From Felis catus (taxonomy: Eukaryota), in contig NC_058368.1 of the NCBI RefSeq assembly GCF_018350175.1, forward strand, positions 55,988,001 through 56,052,000: a stretch of DNA of 64,000 bases, read 5' to 3'. Below the pieces are notes generated by a model, which was not told the DNA's origin, made no database searches, and saw nothing but the letters and a program-made list of their open reading frames with translations. Below, piece by piece: positions 37,313 through 51,705 of the stretch. A program made the position numbers and the translations under genes. Position 1 is the first letter of the stretch. Each line of letters starts with the position of its first letter.

Positions 37313-37949
37313 GTGAAGACTATATTTCAATTAGGGACATGGTTATATAACAAAAGAAAGGTCAAATACTATTATATTTGTAGTATATTGGCCCTAGAAT
37401 TAAGAACTTATTTAAAGAATTTATGAACGATTTATACAATATAAAGAAGAACCTTGGAAATTATCTACTGTAATTGCAAACTAATAAAAGTTTATTAGCG
37501 ATATATTTGCTAACTTTTGTCCATTGTTGCTTTCTTTTCTATAATGTGTTCTTTAAGCGACTCTTCTATCAATAAGGCTAAAATTTAAAACATTGCTGTA
37601 GCAACTAGAATGACAGCTTGTCTTTCCATTAAGATATTCCTAATAGTGCAAAGGAACTCTTTTCTATTTATGGAAAAGAGTCATTGCTGTACAAACATAA
37701 AAGAATTAGACATTTTAGGCTAGTTATCACACAATAATAATCTAAAAGAGAATAATAGTTTCTCTTCTGTTTAATTGGATATTGATGATTTTGTTCTAAA
37801 TAATTTTGAGTAGGTTTACTTTTCCATGCTTGACGATTAATGAAACAATAAAAAATTATCAATGAAATGATTTGGCTTAGCATTTCTACTTTTTAAAATA
37901 ATCTATAATCATTAAAGTAAATAAATCATCTTATATTTTATAATTTTTA

Positions 37950-40640
37950 TGGACTTATTTTATTTTTTGTTTTGTGTTGACTTTTTAAAGAATTTTAACA
38001 GACATGTAGTGATATCTCATTGTGCTATTTTATTAATGCACATAACAATTCATTCACCATTTTAAAGTGTACAAATCATTTTAATATATTTACAAGTGCA
38101 ATTATTGCCGCTCTGTGATTATAGGAAATGATCATTACCAGAAAAGAAAACTCAGACTTCTTAGAAGTCAGTTCCTAGATCTGTGAATTAATTAATTAAT
38201 TAATTAATTAATCTGTGAATTAATTCCTATATCTGTGAATTTGCCTGTTGTAAACATTATATATATTGCAATTGTACAATACATGGTCTTTGGTTTTTGG
38301 CTTCTTTCACTTTAATGTTTTCAAGGTTCATCAATGTTGTAACATATATCATTCTTTTATTGGCTGGATAAAAGCCCATTGTCTTGTCACTGACACGGTT
38401 AGATTATCCAATCATCACTTTATGAATTTGCTTTCCTTTTCCGCTTTGTTACCATAATGTTGTTATAAATATGTCTTTACAGATTTTTGCATGAACATGT
38501 TTGCAATGAACTTGGTCATATAACTACGAATGAAATTGCATGGTCAAATTATAACTCTATATTTAATTTATTGAGGAACTTACAAAATGTTTTTCAAGTA
38601 GATATACCATATTAAATATCCACCAGCAGTGGATGAAGGATCTGATTAATCTATGTCTTTCTCCAACTTTGCTCTTGTCTATCTTCTTGATTATAACTCT
38701 CCTACTGTGTATAATAAGACATATCACTATGCTTTTGTTTTGTGTTATTACTTTCATGTCCTTGAAGAACTTCTATTCACATTTCTTACAGTGCAGGTCT
38801 GCTGTCAATGAGTTCTCTCAAGTTTTGCTTATCTGAAAAAGTATTTCTTCATCACTTTTGAAGGATGATCGCTGGTTATAAAATTCCAGCTTGGTGCATT
38901 TTTTAAAAAATATGTTTTTCTTTAACTCTTTAATGTTTCACTTTCCTCTTTCTTGAATGGTTTCTGTTGAGAAATCTGATGTAACTCTTATCCTTGTTCC
39001 TCCAAAATTATGATTCTTTTTTTACTGTTTGACTGCTTTAAATACTTTTCTCATTGTCTTGGTTTTTCTGCAGCTTGAATATGACACACCTAGGTTTAGA
39101 TTTTTACCTTTGTTACTGATTTCTTGAGCTTTCTGAATTTATTGCATGTGTATATCACAAACTTTATAACATTATTTGTCATTATTTTTCCAGTAAATCT
39201 TCTCCATTGTTTCTCTTTTGTCATCCTGGCAGTCCTGTTACATGTGTTATGACTTTTCAAATTGCACCACAGTGCTTGGATATTCTGTTGTTTTGTTTTT
39301 TAATTATTTTTTTTACTTTGTTTTCCAGTTTAGGCAATTCCTATTGACAGGTTTCGAAGCTCATTGAAGCTCATTGATTCCTTCCTTGTCTGTATCCAGT
39401 CTGCTGATAATCCTATCACTAACATTCTCCTATGTATTACCATGCTTTTATTTGCTAGCAGTTCCTTTTGTCTCACAGTTTTCATGTCTCTGCTTGTATT
39501 ACTTATGTACTTTCACATGTCTATTTTTTTTTCTATAGACCCTTGAGATATTAATCATAGTTACTTTAACTTCTCTATGTGATAATCTTCTCTATGTGAT
39601 AAAGCTGGATCATATGTGGTTCTAATTTTTGCTTTGTCCCTTCAGACTGTGTTTTTACTTTCTTTTAACACACGTTGTAATTATTTTTGTTAAAAATTGG
39701 ACATGGTGTACCAGTTAATAGGGACTAAGACAAATAGTCGTTAGTGGTTTTATGTGAATCTGGATAGAAGTCCAGCTGTGATTCATATGCACTCTAGCTT
39801 TTAATGTCACAGGCTTCTGCTTTCTCTTGTGTCCATATTTGTGTCTCACCAGTTGTCTTTTCGTTTTCCTAAAAACTCCTTCTTAAATAATATCTGCACC
39901 TCACTGTTGTTTCAGATGCATTAACTGTTATCATTCTGCAGCTGTGTTGATGTGGACGTAAGGTACAGAAAGAAGTGAAGCCTTGTTTTCTTATCTTCTG
40001 ATTAAATATCGGACTTTTACTGGGCCTGTGTTCCTAGACTGTGACCTTCACAAGGATTGCTCAGCTTCCTCTTCTCCTTTTGGTGAAACAGATATCTAAC
40101 AAATGCTGAAACCCTTGAGGTTGGTTAAAACTGTGGTAAATTCTTTTCTCCTGTTGAGATTGCCTTTCTTATGGAAAGAGCTCTGGGTGCATTTCCACTT
40201 GGCCACGTACTCCCTGCTCCTGTCACTGAGGTTACATATCTCCACCTCTTGAGGGTTTTTCTTGACTCTTCAATGTGAGAACTGAGTGCCATTTCTGGAG
40301 GTAAAAGCAACAAAATTGTGGGTATGTCACAGGTTTGCAGGCCTCCATCTGTCACTAACTCTAATGCTAGTCAACTTGGTGCCTCCAGCAATGCCTAAAG
40401 TTACTATTTGGGTGTTTCTACTAGTTTCTAACTCCAGCTGTTCATTCCCAGGTAAACTCACCTTAGTTTTTGAGCCTCTGTTTGCACCTGTCTCTCCAGA
40501 TTTTGGGATGGCAGTTTGCCCTGCAACTTCAATTTTGATGAATATTTTCAGTTTGTATCTGCTTTTGTTGCTGCTGCTGTTGTTAGGATATAAATGATGA
40601 CCTCCAAGGTCTTTAAATATTAGAGCTGAAATCAGAAGTC
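37950..40640 (-). mobile_element. Ancient L1M element: 3' UTR (37950-38730) joined to ORF1/5' region (38760-40640)
   Basis: Antisense L1M phrases: ttcaccattttaaagtgtac, ttcaaggttcatcaatgttgta and gtgcaggtctgctg...ttatctgaaaaagt. Confidence 0.7.
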
Positions 40641-41584
40641 CCACTAAATTTTTCATAAGTTTATTATGTAATTATGTGACATTTTATCACATCGATTCAT
40701 ATAAACAACTCCACAGTTCAGTTAAAAAACTGAAACACAACACAAAGAAGTTTTAGTTTAAAAAAAAGCTTAGTTAAAAAAACTAAAGAAAAGTGTTAAT
40801 TAGTAGACAACTTTATGATATTTAGTGATTTGCTTCATAAAGGATGAAAACAAAATACTTACCTTGAAAATCTCTTAATTATCTTGCTCTAGTATTATTG
40901 GGGAAGACAGGACAAATGTAATTTGTCATAATACATATTATTAATTAATTGAAAAAATGCATTTTTGATATTTAAATTTGAATATTTAAATACAGAAGCA
41001 TGATGGTGGCAAAGATCATAAATAAAACCAATGGTAAAATATATAAAAGTGTTGTAATTTGTTTGGCTTTCTTGCTTTTCTTTATTTTGACCATAATGAT
41101 GATTTCATAAGAGTAAGCAGCAATACCTCTGACATTTTCTTCTGTTGGTGATGAAGCAGTTTAAATCTAGAGTCATTAATCTGTGATAATATAAATCATA
41201 TAAACAGAAACTTAAACATTAAGTGTATGGATTTGTTTCAAATAGAATATTATATGTGAACAATGACCATTTTAAGTCCCTGAAATTATAATTGAATTAT
41301 CATTTCTTTATTTATTTAGATTGTCTCCCATTCTTTCTTTCTTTCTTTCTTTTTTTTTTTTTTTTACCTCTATTTGACACTTTGCTGCCAATAAATAAAT
41401 AGGCATATTCACGAAGAAGATTGATAACCGGACTGGGAATTACCTCATTACATCTGACATTATATATCCAACAGATGGTTGACCATAATAGTTCCTTATA
41501 TTCTGATTCTTTTGTTTCCTTAATATTAGATATATTCGGAAATATACAGGAAAAACATCATTTTTCTTTTAAAGGGCATGCTTT

Positions 41585-41808
41585 TTTTTTTTTTTTTTTT
41601 TCAACGCTTATTTATTTTTGGGACAGAGAGAGGCAGAGCAGGAACAGAGGAGGGGCAGAGAGAGAGAGAGAGAGACACAGAATCGGAAACAGGCTCCAGG
41701 CTCTGAGCCATCAGCCCAGAGTCTGACGCAGGACTCGAACTCACGGACCGCGAGATCGTGACCTGGCCGAAGTCGGACGCCTAACCGACTGCGCCACCCA
41801 GGCGCCCC
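41585..41808 (-). mobile_element. Young feline Can-SINE
   Basis: Perfect TSD TAAAGGGCATGCTTT at 41570-41584 and 41809-41823. Confidence 0.97.
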
Positions 41809-42371
41809 TAAAGGGCATGCTTTATGTTAATCTCTCACTCTCCCTGTGGAAAGACAACCTGGGAAGTAGTTTTGTTATAAAAAAGGAAGAAAGGGTATAA
41901 ACAAGTTGCGAATATTATACAACCATCAATCAAATAACTTCTGTAGTATGCATATGATGGGCTGATTTAATATAAAATTAAGAACAAATAATTTTGTAAG
42001 ATAAGTTTACTGTTTCACTGATGCAAAAATATTTTATACTTACTTTCTGGGGAATCTTAGACAAAATAGAAAATACATTTTCTTTTGTATTTATTTTTCT
42101 TGTCGATTTTCCAATGTTATAACGTGGTAAGTAGGTCATAGGCCTCCTTTCACCCACATTTTATTTTTAAATGCCATGATAATCTGTTAGCAGTCTACTT
42201 TTTGGAGCTAAAATGTATTAACTTTACTAGAAAAAAAATCTAAAACAGTAAAAAAGGGCGGCATTAAGTAACCTTTGTTTCCTGAAACTGTTTTGTTCAA
42301 GGCATTTGGCACTAGTATTTTTGGTCATTGCTGATTGAAGATATTATTAAAGTACAGAATTAAAGATTTAA

Positions 42372-42718
42372 TATTTATTTATTTATCTATTTATTATTTT
42401 TTAATATGAAATTTATTCTCAAATTGGTTTCCATACAACACCCAGTGCTCATCCCAACAGGTGCCCTCCTCAGTACCCATCACCCACCCTCCCCTCCCTC
42501 CCACCCCCATCAACCCTCAGATTGTTCTCAGTTTTTAAGAGTCTCTTATGGTTTGGCTCCCTCCCTCTCTAACTTTTTTTTTTTCCTCCCCTCCCCCATG
42601 GTCTTCAGTTAAGTTTCTCAGGATCCACATAAGAGTGAAAACATACGGTATCTGTCTTTTTCTATATGACTTATTTCACTTAATAGCCAAATTATGGAAA
42701 GAGCCTAAATGTCCATCA
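42372..42718 (-). mobile_element. Short feline L1 insertion with 5' inversion
   Basis: Antisense 3' end at 42372-42681, then sense L1 at 42682-42719; TSD AAAGATTTAA at 42362-42371 and 42719-42728. Confidence 0.93.
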
Positions 42719-42844
42719 AAAGATTTAAGTTTTAAAATGTGCAGGATTTTTACTTAAAACATAAATTTAAGATTTTTTACTTAAAATTGACACACAGTAC
42801 TTTTGTTTTTTTATATATTTTTATGACTGGCTTTTATCATCTTT

Positions 42845-45800
42845 TTTAAGTTTTCATTCTAATTACAGTGAGTTGATACAGTATTATATTAGTTTTGAGT
42901 ATACAACATAGTGATTCAATGGTTCCATACATCACCTGGCGCTCATCACAACAAATGCATTCCCTAATCCCCACCACCTATTTAACACATCTCCTCCTCC
43001 CCTCTGGTAACTTTGTTTGTTCTCTATAATCTTTCCTGGTTTCTCTCTTTCTTTTCTTTTTTTTTTCTTTATTTCTTTTGTTTCTTAAATTCCACCTAGG
43101 AGTGAAATCATATAGTATCTGTCTTTCTCTGACTTATTTCACTTAGCATTATACTCTCTAACTCCATCCATTGCATTGTAAATTGCAAGATTTTATTATT
43201 TTTTATCACTGAATAGTATTCCATTGTATGTACACATATATACATAACATCTCTTCTTTATCCATGCATCAGTTAATGGACACTTGGGCCGCTTCCATAA
43301 CTTGGCTATTATAAATAATGCTGCTATAAACATAAGGGTGTACATATCCTTAGAATTAGTGTTTTTTAATTCTTTGGGTAAATACCTAGTAATGCAATTG
43401 CTGGATCTTAGTGTAGTTTGATTTCTAACTTTTTGAGGAACTTCCATATTCTCCACAGTGCCTGCACCAGTTTGCACTCCCACCAGCAATACACGAGGGT
43501 TCCTTTTCCTCTACGTCCTTCCCAGCATCAGTCATTTCTTGTATTGTTGATTTTAGTCATTCTAAGGTGTGAGGTGATAATCTCATTGTAGTTTTGATTC
43601 GCATTTCCCTGACGGTGGTGATGAACATTATTTCATGTGTCTTTTTTGGAGAAATATCTGTTCTTGTCTTCTACCCATTTATTAATTGGATTATTTGTTT
43701 TTTGGATGTTGAGTTTTATAAGTTCTTCATGTATTTTTGTATACTAACTCTTCTATCAGATATGTCCTTTGAAAATATCTTCTCCCATTCTGTAGGTTGC
43801 CTTTTAGTTGGTTGATTGTTTCCTTTGCTGTGCAGAAACTTTTTATTTTGATGTAGTCCCAATAGTTTATTTTTGCTTTTGTTTCCCTTGCCTCAGGAGA
43901 TACATCTAGAAAAAATTGCTGTGGTTGTTGTCAGAGACATTACTGCCTGTATTTTCTTCTAGGATTTTTATGGCTTCATGTCTCATATTTAGGTGTTTAA
44001 TCCATTTTGAATTTATTTTTGTGTATGGTTGTGTATGTGGTCCAGTTTCTTTTCTTTTTTTCTTTTTTTTGGATGTTGCTGTCCAGTTTTCCCAACACTA
44101 TTGGTTGTAAAGACAGTCTTTTTTCCATTGGACATTCTTTCCTGCTTTTCAAAGATTAATTGACCATATAGTTATAGGTTCTTTTCTGGATTTTCTATTA
44201 TGTTCTGTTGTTCTGTGTGTCTGTTTTTGTGCCAGTACCATACTTGTTTGATTACTGCAGGTTTGCAATATAACTTGAAGTCCAGAATTGTGATAACTCC
44301 AATTTTGCTTTTCTTTTTCAAGATTTCTTTGACTATTGGGGGTCTTTTGTGGTTACATACAAATTTTAGGATTCTTCTAGTTCTGTGAAAAATGCTGCTG
44401 GTATTTTGATAGGGGTTTCATTAAATGTGTAGATGTCTTTGGGTAGTATAGACATTTTAATAATATTTTTTTCTTTTAGTCCATGAGCATGCAATATCTT
44501 TCTATTTCTTTGTGTACTCTTCAGTTTCTTTTATCAGTGGTTTATACTTTTCAGAGTACAGGTCTTTCACCCCTTTGATTAGATTTATTCTAGGTATTGT
44601 TATTTCTGGTGCAATTATAAATGGGATAGTCTTCTTAATATCTCTTTCTGCTGCTTCGTTATTGGTTTATGGAAATGCAACAGATTTCTATACATTGGTT
44701 TTGTATCCTGCACCTTTGCTGAATTCATTTATTAGCTCTGGCAGTTTTTTGGTGGTCTTTATGGTTTTCTATATATAGTATCATGTCATCTGCAAATAGT
44801 GAAAGTTTTATTTCTTCCTTACAGTTTGGATGCCTTTTACTTCAGACAGCATGAGCTGTGTGAATGCTCTGATTAGGACTCCAAGTACTATGTTGAATAA
44901 AAGTAGTAATAGTGGACATCCTTGTCTTCTTCCTGACCTTGTGGATAAAGCTCTATTTTTCCCCCCCATTGAGGCTGATGGGTTTTTCATACAGAGCCTT
45001 TATTATGGTGACATATGTTCCCTCTAAACCTCCTCTTTGAGGGTTTTTATTGGGGGTGGGTGTGCACTTTGTCAAACACTTTTTTCTTTTTTTGCACCAA
45101 TTGAAATCAATGTATGGTTCTTATTCTTTCTCTTATTGATGTGATATATCACATTGATTAATTTGAAAATATTGATTGAGAATATTGCATACTTGCAACC
45201 CAGGAATAAATCCTACTTGATTCTGGTGTATGATATTTTTAATGTATTGTGGGATTAGTTTTGCTAGTATTTTATTGAGGATTTTTGCATCTACATTCAT
45301 CAGGGATATTGGCCTGTAATTCTCTTTTTTTAGTGGTGTTTTCTCCTTTTTTAGTATCAGGATAATGCTGGCCTCAAGAATATATTTGGAAGTTTTCCTT
45401 CCTCTTCTATATTTTGGAGTAGTTTGAGAAAAATAGGTATTAAATCTTCTTTAAATATTGGGTAGAATTCACCTGTGACACCATCTGGTTGTGGACTTTT
45501 ATTTGTTGGGAGTTTTTTGAACACTGATTCAATATCTTTGCTGGTAATCAATTTGCTCAAATTTTCTGTTTCTTTCTGTTTCAGTTTTTGGAGGTTATAA
45601 GAATTTATCCAGTTCTTCTAGGTTGTTCAGTTTGTTGGCATATAGTTGTTCATAATTTTCTCTTATAATAGTTGGTAATTCCATGGTGTTGTCATTTCTC
45701 CTCTCTCACTTGTGATTTTACTTATTTGAGTCCATTCTCTCTTTCTGTCTCTCTTTCTTATAAGTCTGACTAGAGATTTTTCAAAGAATTAGCTAGTTAC

Positions 45801-48800
45801 ATTACTCGGTTCTATTGATTTTTTTTTTAGTTACTATATTACTTATTTCTGCTTTGATCTTCATTATTTCCTTCTGCTGGTTTTACGTTTTGTTTCTTGT
45901 TCACCCCCTCCCCCATCTCGTTTAGGTGTGGGATTAAGTTGTTTGAGATTTTTCTTGCTTCTTGAGGTAGGCCTCTATTGCCATATACTTCCCTCTTAGA
46001 ACTGCTTTTGCTGTATCTGAAAGGTTTTGGACCATTGTGTTATCATTTTCATTTGTTTCCATATACTTTTTGATTTCTTCTTTGATTTCCTGGATGACTC
46101 ATTATCGTTGAGTATTATGTTAATTAACTTCCATGTATTTGTGGTCGTTCTGGATTTTTTCGTGTGGTTAACTTATATAGTTCACAGCATTGTCAAAAAA
46201 GTTTCATGGTATGATTTCCATCTTCTTGAATTTATTGAGGCTGGTTCTGTGGGCTAATATGTGACTTATTCTGGAGAATATTCTGTGTGCACTTGAAAAA
46301 AATGTGTATTATATTGTTTTAGGATGGAATTTTCTGAATATGTCTGTTAAGTCCATTTATTTCCATGTGTCATTCAAAGCCGTTGTTTCCTTTGGATTCT
46401 CTATTTAGAAGATCTGTTCATTGATGTAAATAAGGTGTTAAAGTCCCCTACTGATATTATATCAGTATTGATTAATTATTTTATGTTTTTTTAACTGTTT
46501 TATGTATTTGAGTGCTTCTTTGTAGGGTGCAGAAATATTTACAATTGTTGTATCTTCTTGTTGGATGTCCCCTTATCATTATGTACGTCTTTTGTTGTCT
46601 CTTGGTCCTGTCTTTGTTTTAAAGTCTATTTTGTCTGATATAAGTATTACTACTCTGCCTTTTTTTTTTTTTTGACATCTATTTGCATGATAGATGTTTC
46701 TCCATCACCTTACAATCTGTAAGTGTTCTTAGGTCTAAAATGAATAGCACATAGATGGGTCTTATTTTCTTATGCATTCTGTCACCCCGTGTCTTTTCAC
46801 TGGAATGTTTAGTCTATTTACATTCAAAGTAACAATTGATAGATATGTACTGTGTCATTGTATTATTTGTTTTGTGGTTATTTCTAAAGATTTTCTTTGA
46901 TCCTTTCTGGTCTGTTACTTTTACATGTTCCCCTTATTTTCTTTAATGATATATTTGGATTTCTTCCTCTTTATTCTGTGAACATTTATTAGTTGTTTTT
47001 GATATATGGCTACACCATTAGGTTTGTGTGTAACCTCTTCTGTATATAACAATCTGTATTGTTAATTGTTGTTTAAGCTTAAATCCATTTTTTCTCCTCT
47101 GCTTCCCAAGTTTTAGGTATATGTTATTATATCTTATATCCTTTGTGAGTTCCTTGACTAATTATTTACCTAAATATTCATTTCTACTGCTTTGTGTCTT
47201 TTGTACTATCACTTTTGGTTTCTCCGTTCTAGTCAAAAAGCCCCTTTTAATATTCCTTATAGAGCTGGTTTATTGGTCATGAACTTCTCTAGTTGTTGTT
47301 TGTCTGGGAAACTATCTCTCCTGTCCTGAATGATAGCTTTACTTGATAAAGTATTCTTGGCTGGAGATTTTCCCCATTCATCACGTTGAATATATCATCC
47401 CAATTTAATTAAAATATGTCTTGGTGTGGGTCTGCTTTTATTGATTTTGATGGGAGTTCTCTATGCCTCCTTGCTCTGGATATCTGTTTTCTTCCCCAGA
47501 TTGGGAGGTTTTCAGCAATTATTTCTTAAAATAAATTTTCTGCCCCCTTTACTCTCTGTTACTCTTCTGGGACTCTGATAATACAAATATTGTTATATTT
47601 GATGGAGTCACTGAGTTACCTAAGTCTATTCTTGTTTTGCATAATTAGTTTTCTGACTTTTGTTCAGCTTGATTACTTTCTATTACTCTTCTAGGTCACT
47701 AATTTATTCCTCTGCATCCTCCGTCCTGCTGTTCATTCTATCCAGCATTTTTTTTTTTCATTTTATCTCTTGTATGTTATTCCTTATCTCTGTCTTCATA
47801 GTCTCACCCACATCTCCCACTCTTCTCTTCAGTCCATTGAGTATATTTATGATCATTGCTTAAACTATCTATCAGACATATTACTTATATCTGTTTTACT
47901 TGGATCCCGGCTGTGGTCTTATCCTATTCTTTCATTTGGCGTAAATTTCTCTGTCTCTTCATTTTGTCTGCCTCTGTCTGTTTCTCTGTGTTAAGAAAGT
48001 CAGCTATGTCTTCTGCTCTTGCAAGTAGTGACTTTATGAAGAAAAGATCCTGTAGTGCTCTGCGGTGTAGTGTTCCCTATTCACCAGAATCTGGCACTTC
48101 CGGACAGTATCCCATGTGTTTTGCTGCCACGCTGCTGTTGTGTGAGCCCCATTTCCTTTCACTGCAGTCACCCTCACTGACTCTCTGCATATTGTGGGTT
48201 GTGCTTGCTCTTTGTGGCATTAGTGGGATCCAGGCAGGCCAGTTCTGAGAGGGTGTGCCATGGGAGAGCAGGGCATCAGTGTCAGCAAAATTTGCACTGG
48301 GCCACTAGTCTTATGCCTGATCTCCCAAAGCGCTGCAGTGGCTGCGCACTGGGGCAGCCAGGGGTGTGGGGCTGAGTGTGGCATGAAGCTGGGCCCAGCA
48401 ACTGTGGTTTGGTGCTGCCTGAGAGATGGGTGCTGCATAGCAGTTGGACACTGCATGGTAGCTAGACACAGTGTGAGGTGGCAGCTGTGCACCTGGCATC
48501 TCAGTGTGACCTGCATGAGTATTTAACAGAATTTTCCTGAACTCAGGGCCAAGGCTAGCAGGCTTGGAGTTGAGAGTCTTCAGGAGAACTTTGTGGGCAT
48601 GACTGCTAGCAGATTAGGTAGCCAGTATCTATGCAGGGCTCTCCAGCAGATCGCTCTGTATTTTTGCCGGGGGAGGGGGGACAAGGAAAATGGCATCTGC
48701 CAGCTCCCTCATTTTTGGAGAAGCCCCCAACACACTTCAAAATCAGTATGAACAGATCTTTCTCCTGCTTGCCCCTGGCATTGTGTAAACTGCCATTTTT

Positions 48801-49254
48801 ATTTTGCCTGTCCATGCAGGCTGCTATCTCTTTAAGGGCAGTGACCCAGCTATCACTGACCCTCCAGGCTGGCCCAGTGCTTAGTCAGCTGACTTTTAAA
48901 GTTCCAGGCTCCAAGTCTCGCTGGTTTTACAAACTCATAGAATTCAGCCCCACTGATTTTTAAAGCCAAACATTTTGGGGATTAGTCTTCCCCATATGAG
49001 CCCCTTGATGCAAGGGCCCATTTCTCTGCCCTCTCAAACATGTTATCTCCCTCCTCGTGTGGGCAGCCTCCCTCTGACTTTCTAAACTTCTTCACCCTTC
49101 AAATGCAGCTTCTTCTCTATATCTAGTTGTGGAGTTTGTTCTGCCCGTCTTTGGATTGCTCTCCAGTTTATTGACTTGGATGTGGATGATATCTAGTTGT
49201 AAACATGGGACAGAGTGACCCAGAGTCCTCCCACTCTGTCATCTTTCCAAATTC
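42845..49254 (-). mobile_element. Near-full-length, inactivated carnivore L1 (~6.4 kb)
   Basis: Collinear 3' UTR, ORF2 (IAKLWK, RQGCPL, LPTNKSP..GEFY), ORF1 region and GC-richer 5' UTR. Candidate TSD tttatcat on both sides. ORFs are fragmented. Confidence 0.93.
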
Positions 49255-50539
49255 CTTTATCATGTCTTTCCAAAATGTATGTTATTTTTTTCTAGAAATA
49301 CTGTTATTTATATTGATATTTTGTAAATAAAATAACAAGTACAACTGGGTTAAATAAATTTGGAATAAAACACCAATGATTCTTGATAGGTACATAAATA
49401 TATATAGAAGTATATATAAATATGCTAGATATTTACCTATTAATCATGAGTATTTAGCAGGTTTTAAATGAGTTAGAATATACATAGTTAACCTACTGGT
49501 TCTTTGCAAAGTTTAAACAGAATGAAAGGAACACTTACTTTAGTAAGTAACATATTGAGCAGCTATAATTTTGCAGAACTTACTGGAGACAGAAAAACTC
49601 TTTGCATTACTACAATACAGCAAACACATAAGTATATGAATATGCATATGCAGCATGCAGCAAATACTGTTTATCTGCGCAGATAAGACAAAGATCTCAA
49701 GTAGGAGTGAAGCCTTCTTTAAAAACATAAACCAAAAAACACTGAAAGGTCAAAATAATTTCTTATCTACACTTTGTAGATGTTTCATGATAATTTAGTA
49801 GTTATATTCACACAAAGTAATTAAATATTATCAAAATATCTTTTGTGATAAAATGAATTTCTGTCTAAACTTGCAAAATTTAAATACATTGATGCTTACA
49901 TGATTAAATATATTAAAAAAGTAAAATTTACACATTTAATTCAAAGTTCAAGGTAGTATTTGATACATTCTTTGAAATGGTAAGGGAATAATTTAATAAT
50001 GTGGCCTCTCTCCTTATCATAATCACAGTTGTATGTGCACTCTCTATTTAATTCTGAAAGGCTAAACTGAAATCATTTGTAAATTAATTCTGATAAAATT
50101 AGACCCTGTGAGCCAAAGATTTTCTCTGATAATAGAATAAAGTACATTTGGAGGAACTGAATTCTTCCTAAGTTTATTTTAGCACTTTGAACAATCTAGA
50201 ATTCCACAGTATGGGAGAGCAGGATCCTGGGACAAAATCTATTGAAATAAACAGCTAAATCTCCTGAGTTCATGAATGAAGCCTGCTCTTAAGACAGGAA
50301 AGCCTTTTGAATTGGTCAAATGTACATTATTTTGTTTTTGTTTTTTGTTTTTTAGATATGAGGAGATTGGGGAATAAGATGAAATATATCACATCAAAAA
50401 TCTTGACTTTTTCCTTTCTTTTATGTATTTATTTATTTGTCTGTTTATTTATTTCCTTCCTTTCTTCTTACTAACCTATCTTCAAGGTTTTAAAAGTGAT
50501 CCTTACATTGTTTATAGAAGATAAGCTGTATTACTTTGA

Positions 50540-50754
50540 TTTTTTTTTCAACGTTTTTTATTTATTTTTGGGACAGAGAGAGACAGAGCATGAACGGGGG
50601 AGGGGCAGAGAGAGAGGGAGACACAGAATCGGAAACAGGCTCCAGGCTCTGAGCCATCAGCCCAGAGCCCGACGCGGGGCTCAAACTCACGGACCGTGAG
50701 ATCGTGACCTGGCTGAAGTCGGACGCTTAACCGACTGCGCCACCCAGGCGCCCC
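50540..50754 (-). mobile_element. Young feline Can-SINE
   Basis: TSD TATTACTTTGA. Confidence 0.97.
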
Positions 50755-51334
50755 TATATTACTTTGAACAGCATGGGACCTTCAACTAAATTACTCAGGC
50801 ATGGCATAATCCAGAGTATTAAGATCAAATAATCAGTTAATATTTAATAACCTTGCCCAATTTATACTGTATGATTAAGAACCATAATAATTCAAAAAAT
50901 AAAAAAGACACCAGTGTCTAGGAAACTTAGACACATTTCTCTGGAAAGGGATATTCCAGATAAAATGATTAAATATTCACTAATCCTGCCCAGCTTTTTA
51001 CTCATAATTAAAACCTAACTTATGGTTTGAATTAGTAAAATTGCAGTAATGCAGGGAATACATAATAAAACAAGTGAAAACTTACAGAAGAGTTGAATTT
51101 TCAATGAAGAAAATTCCACTTTATGAGTTGTAAATTTTACTTTTTTTACTAAGTAACGTATCTATAAATGCATGCTATAAACCATTTTAAAAAGTTAGAC
51201 AAAATGCCACAGAATATTCCCTGTTCCAATTTCATCTGAATACAAACTAGATCTACCAAAACTATTTTCTTGAGATTTATTGTAATAAAGTTGCCAGATT
51301 TAGCAAATAAAAATACAGAGACCCAGTTAAATTT

Positions 51335-51540
51335 TTTTTTTAATGTTTATTTATTTTTGAGACAGAGAGAGACAGAGCATGAACGGGGGAGGGGCAGAGA
51401 GGGAGACACAGAATCGGAAGCAGGCTCCAGGCTCTGAGCCATCAGCCCAGAGCCCGATGCGGGGCTCGAACTCACGGACCGCGAGATCATGACCTGAGCT
51501 GAAGTCGGATGCTTAACTGACTGAGCCACCCAGGCGCCCC
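51335..51540 (-). mobile_element. Can-SINE nested in MER53
   Basis: TSD AGTTAAATTTT. Confidence 0.96.
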
Positions 51541-51597
51541 GAGTTAAATTTTAATCTCAGATATTTAACTAGTATTAAATCAGATATTTAACTAGTA

Positions 51598-51663
<66 letters not shown>

Positions 51664-51705
51664 CTTTTTCTTTTTCTTTCTCTCTTTCTTTTTCTTTTTC
51701 TTTCT
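51598..51705. repeat. (TTTC)n microsatellite
   Basis: Seen directly. Confidence 0.95.
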
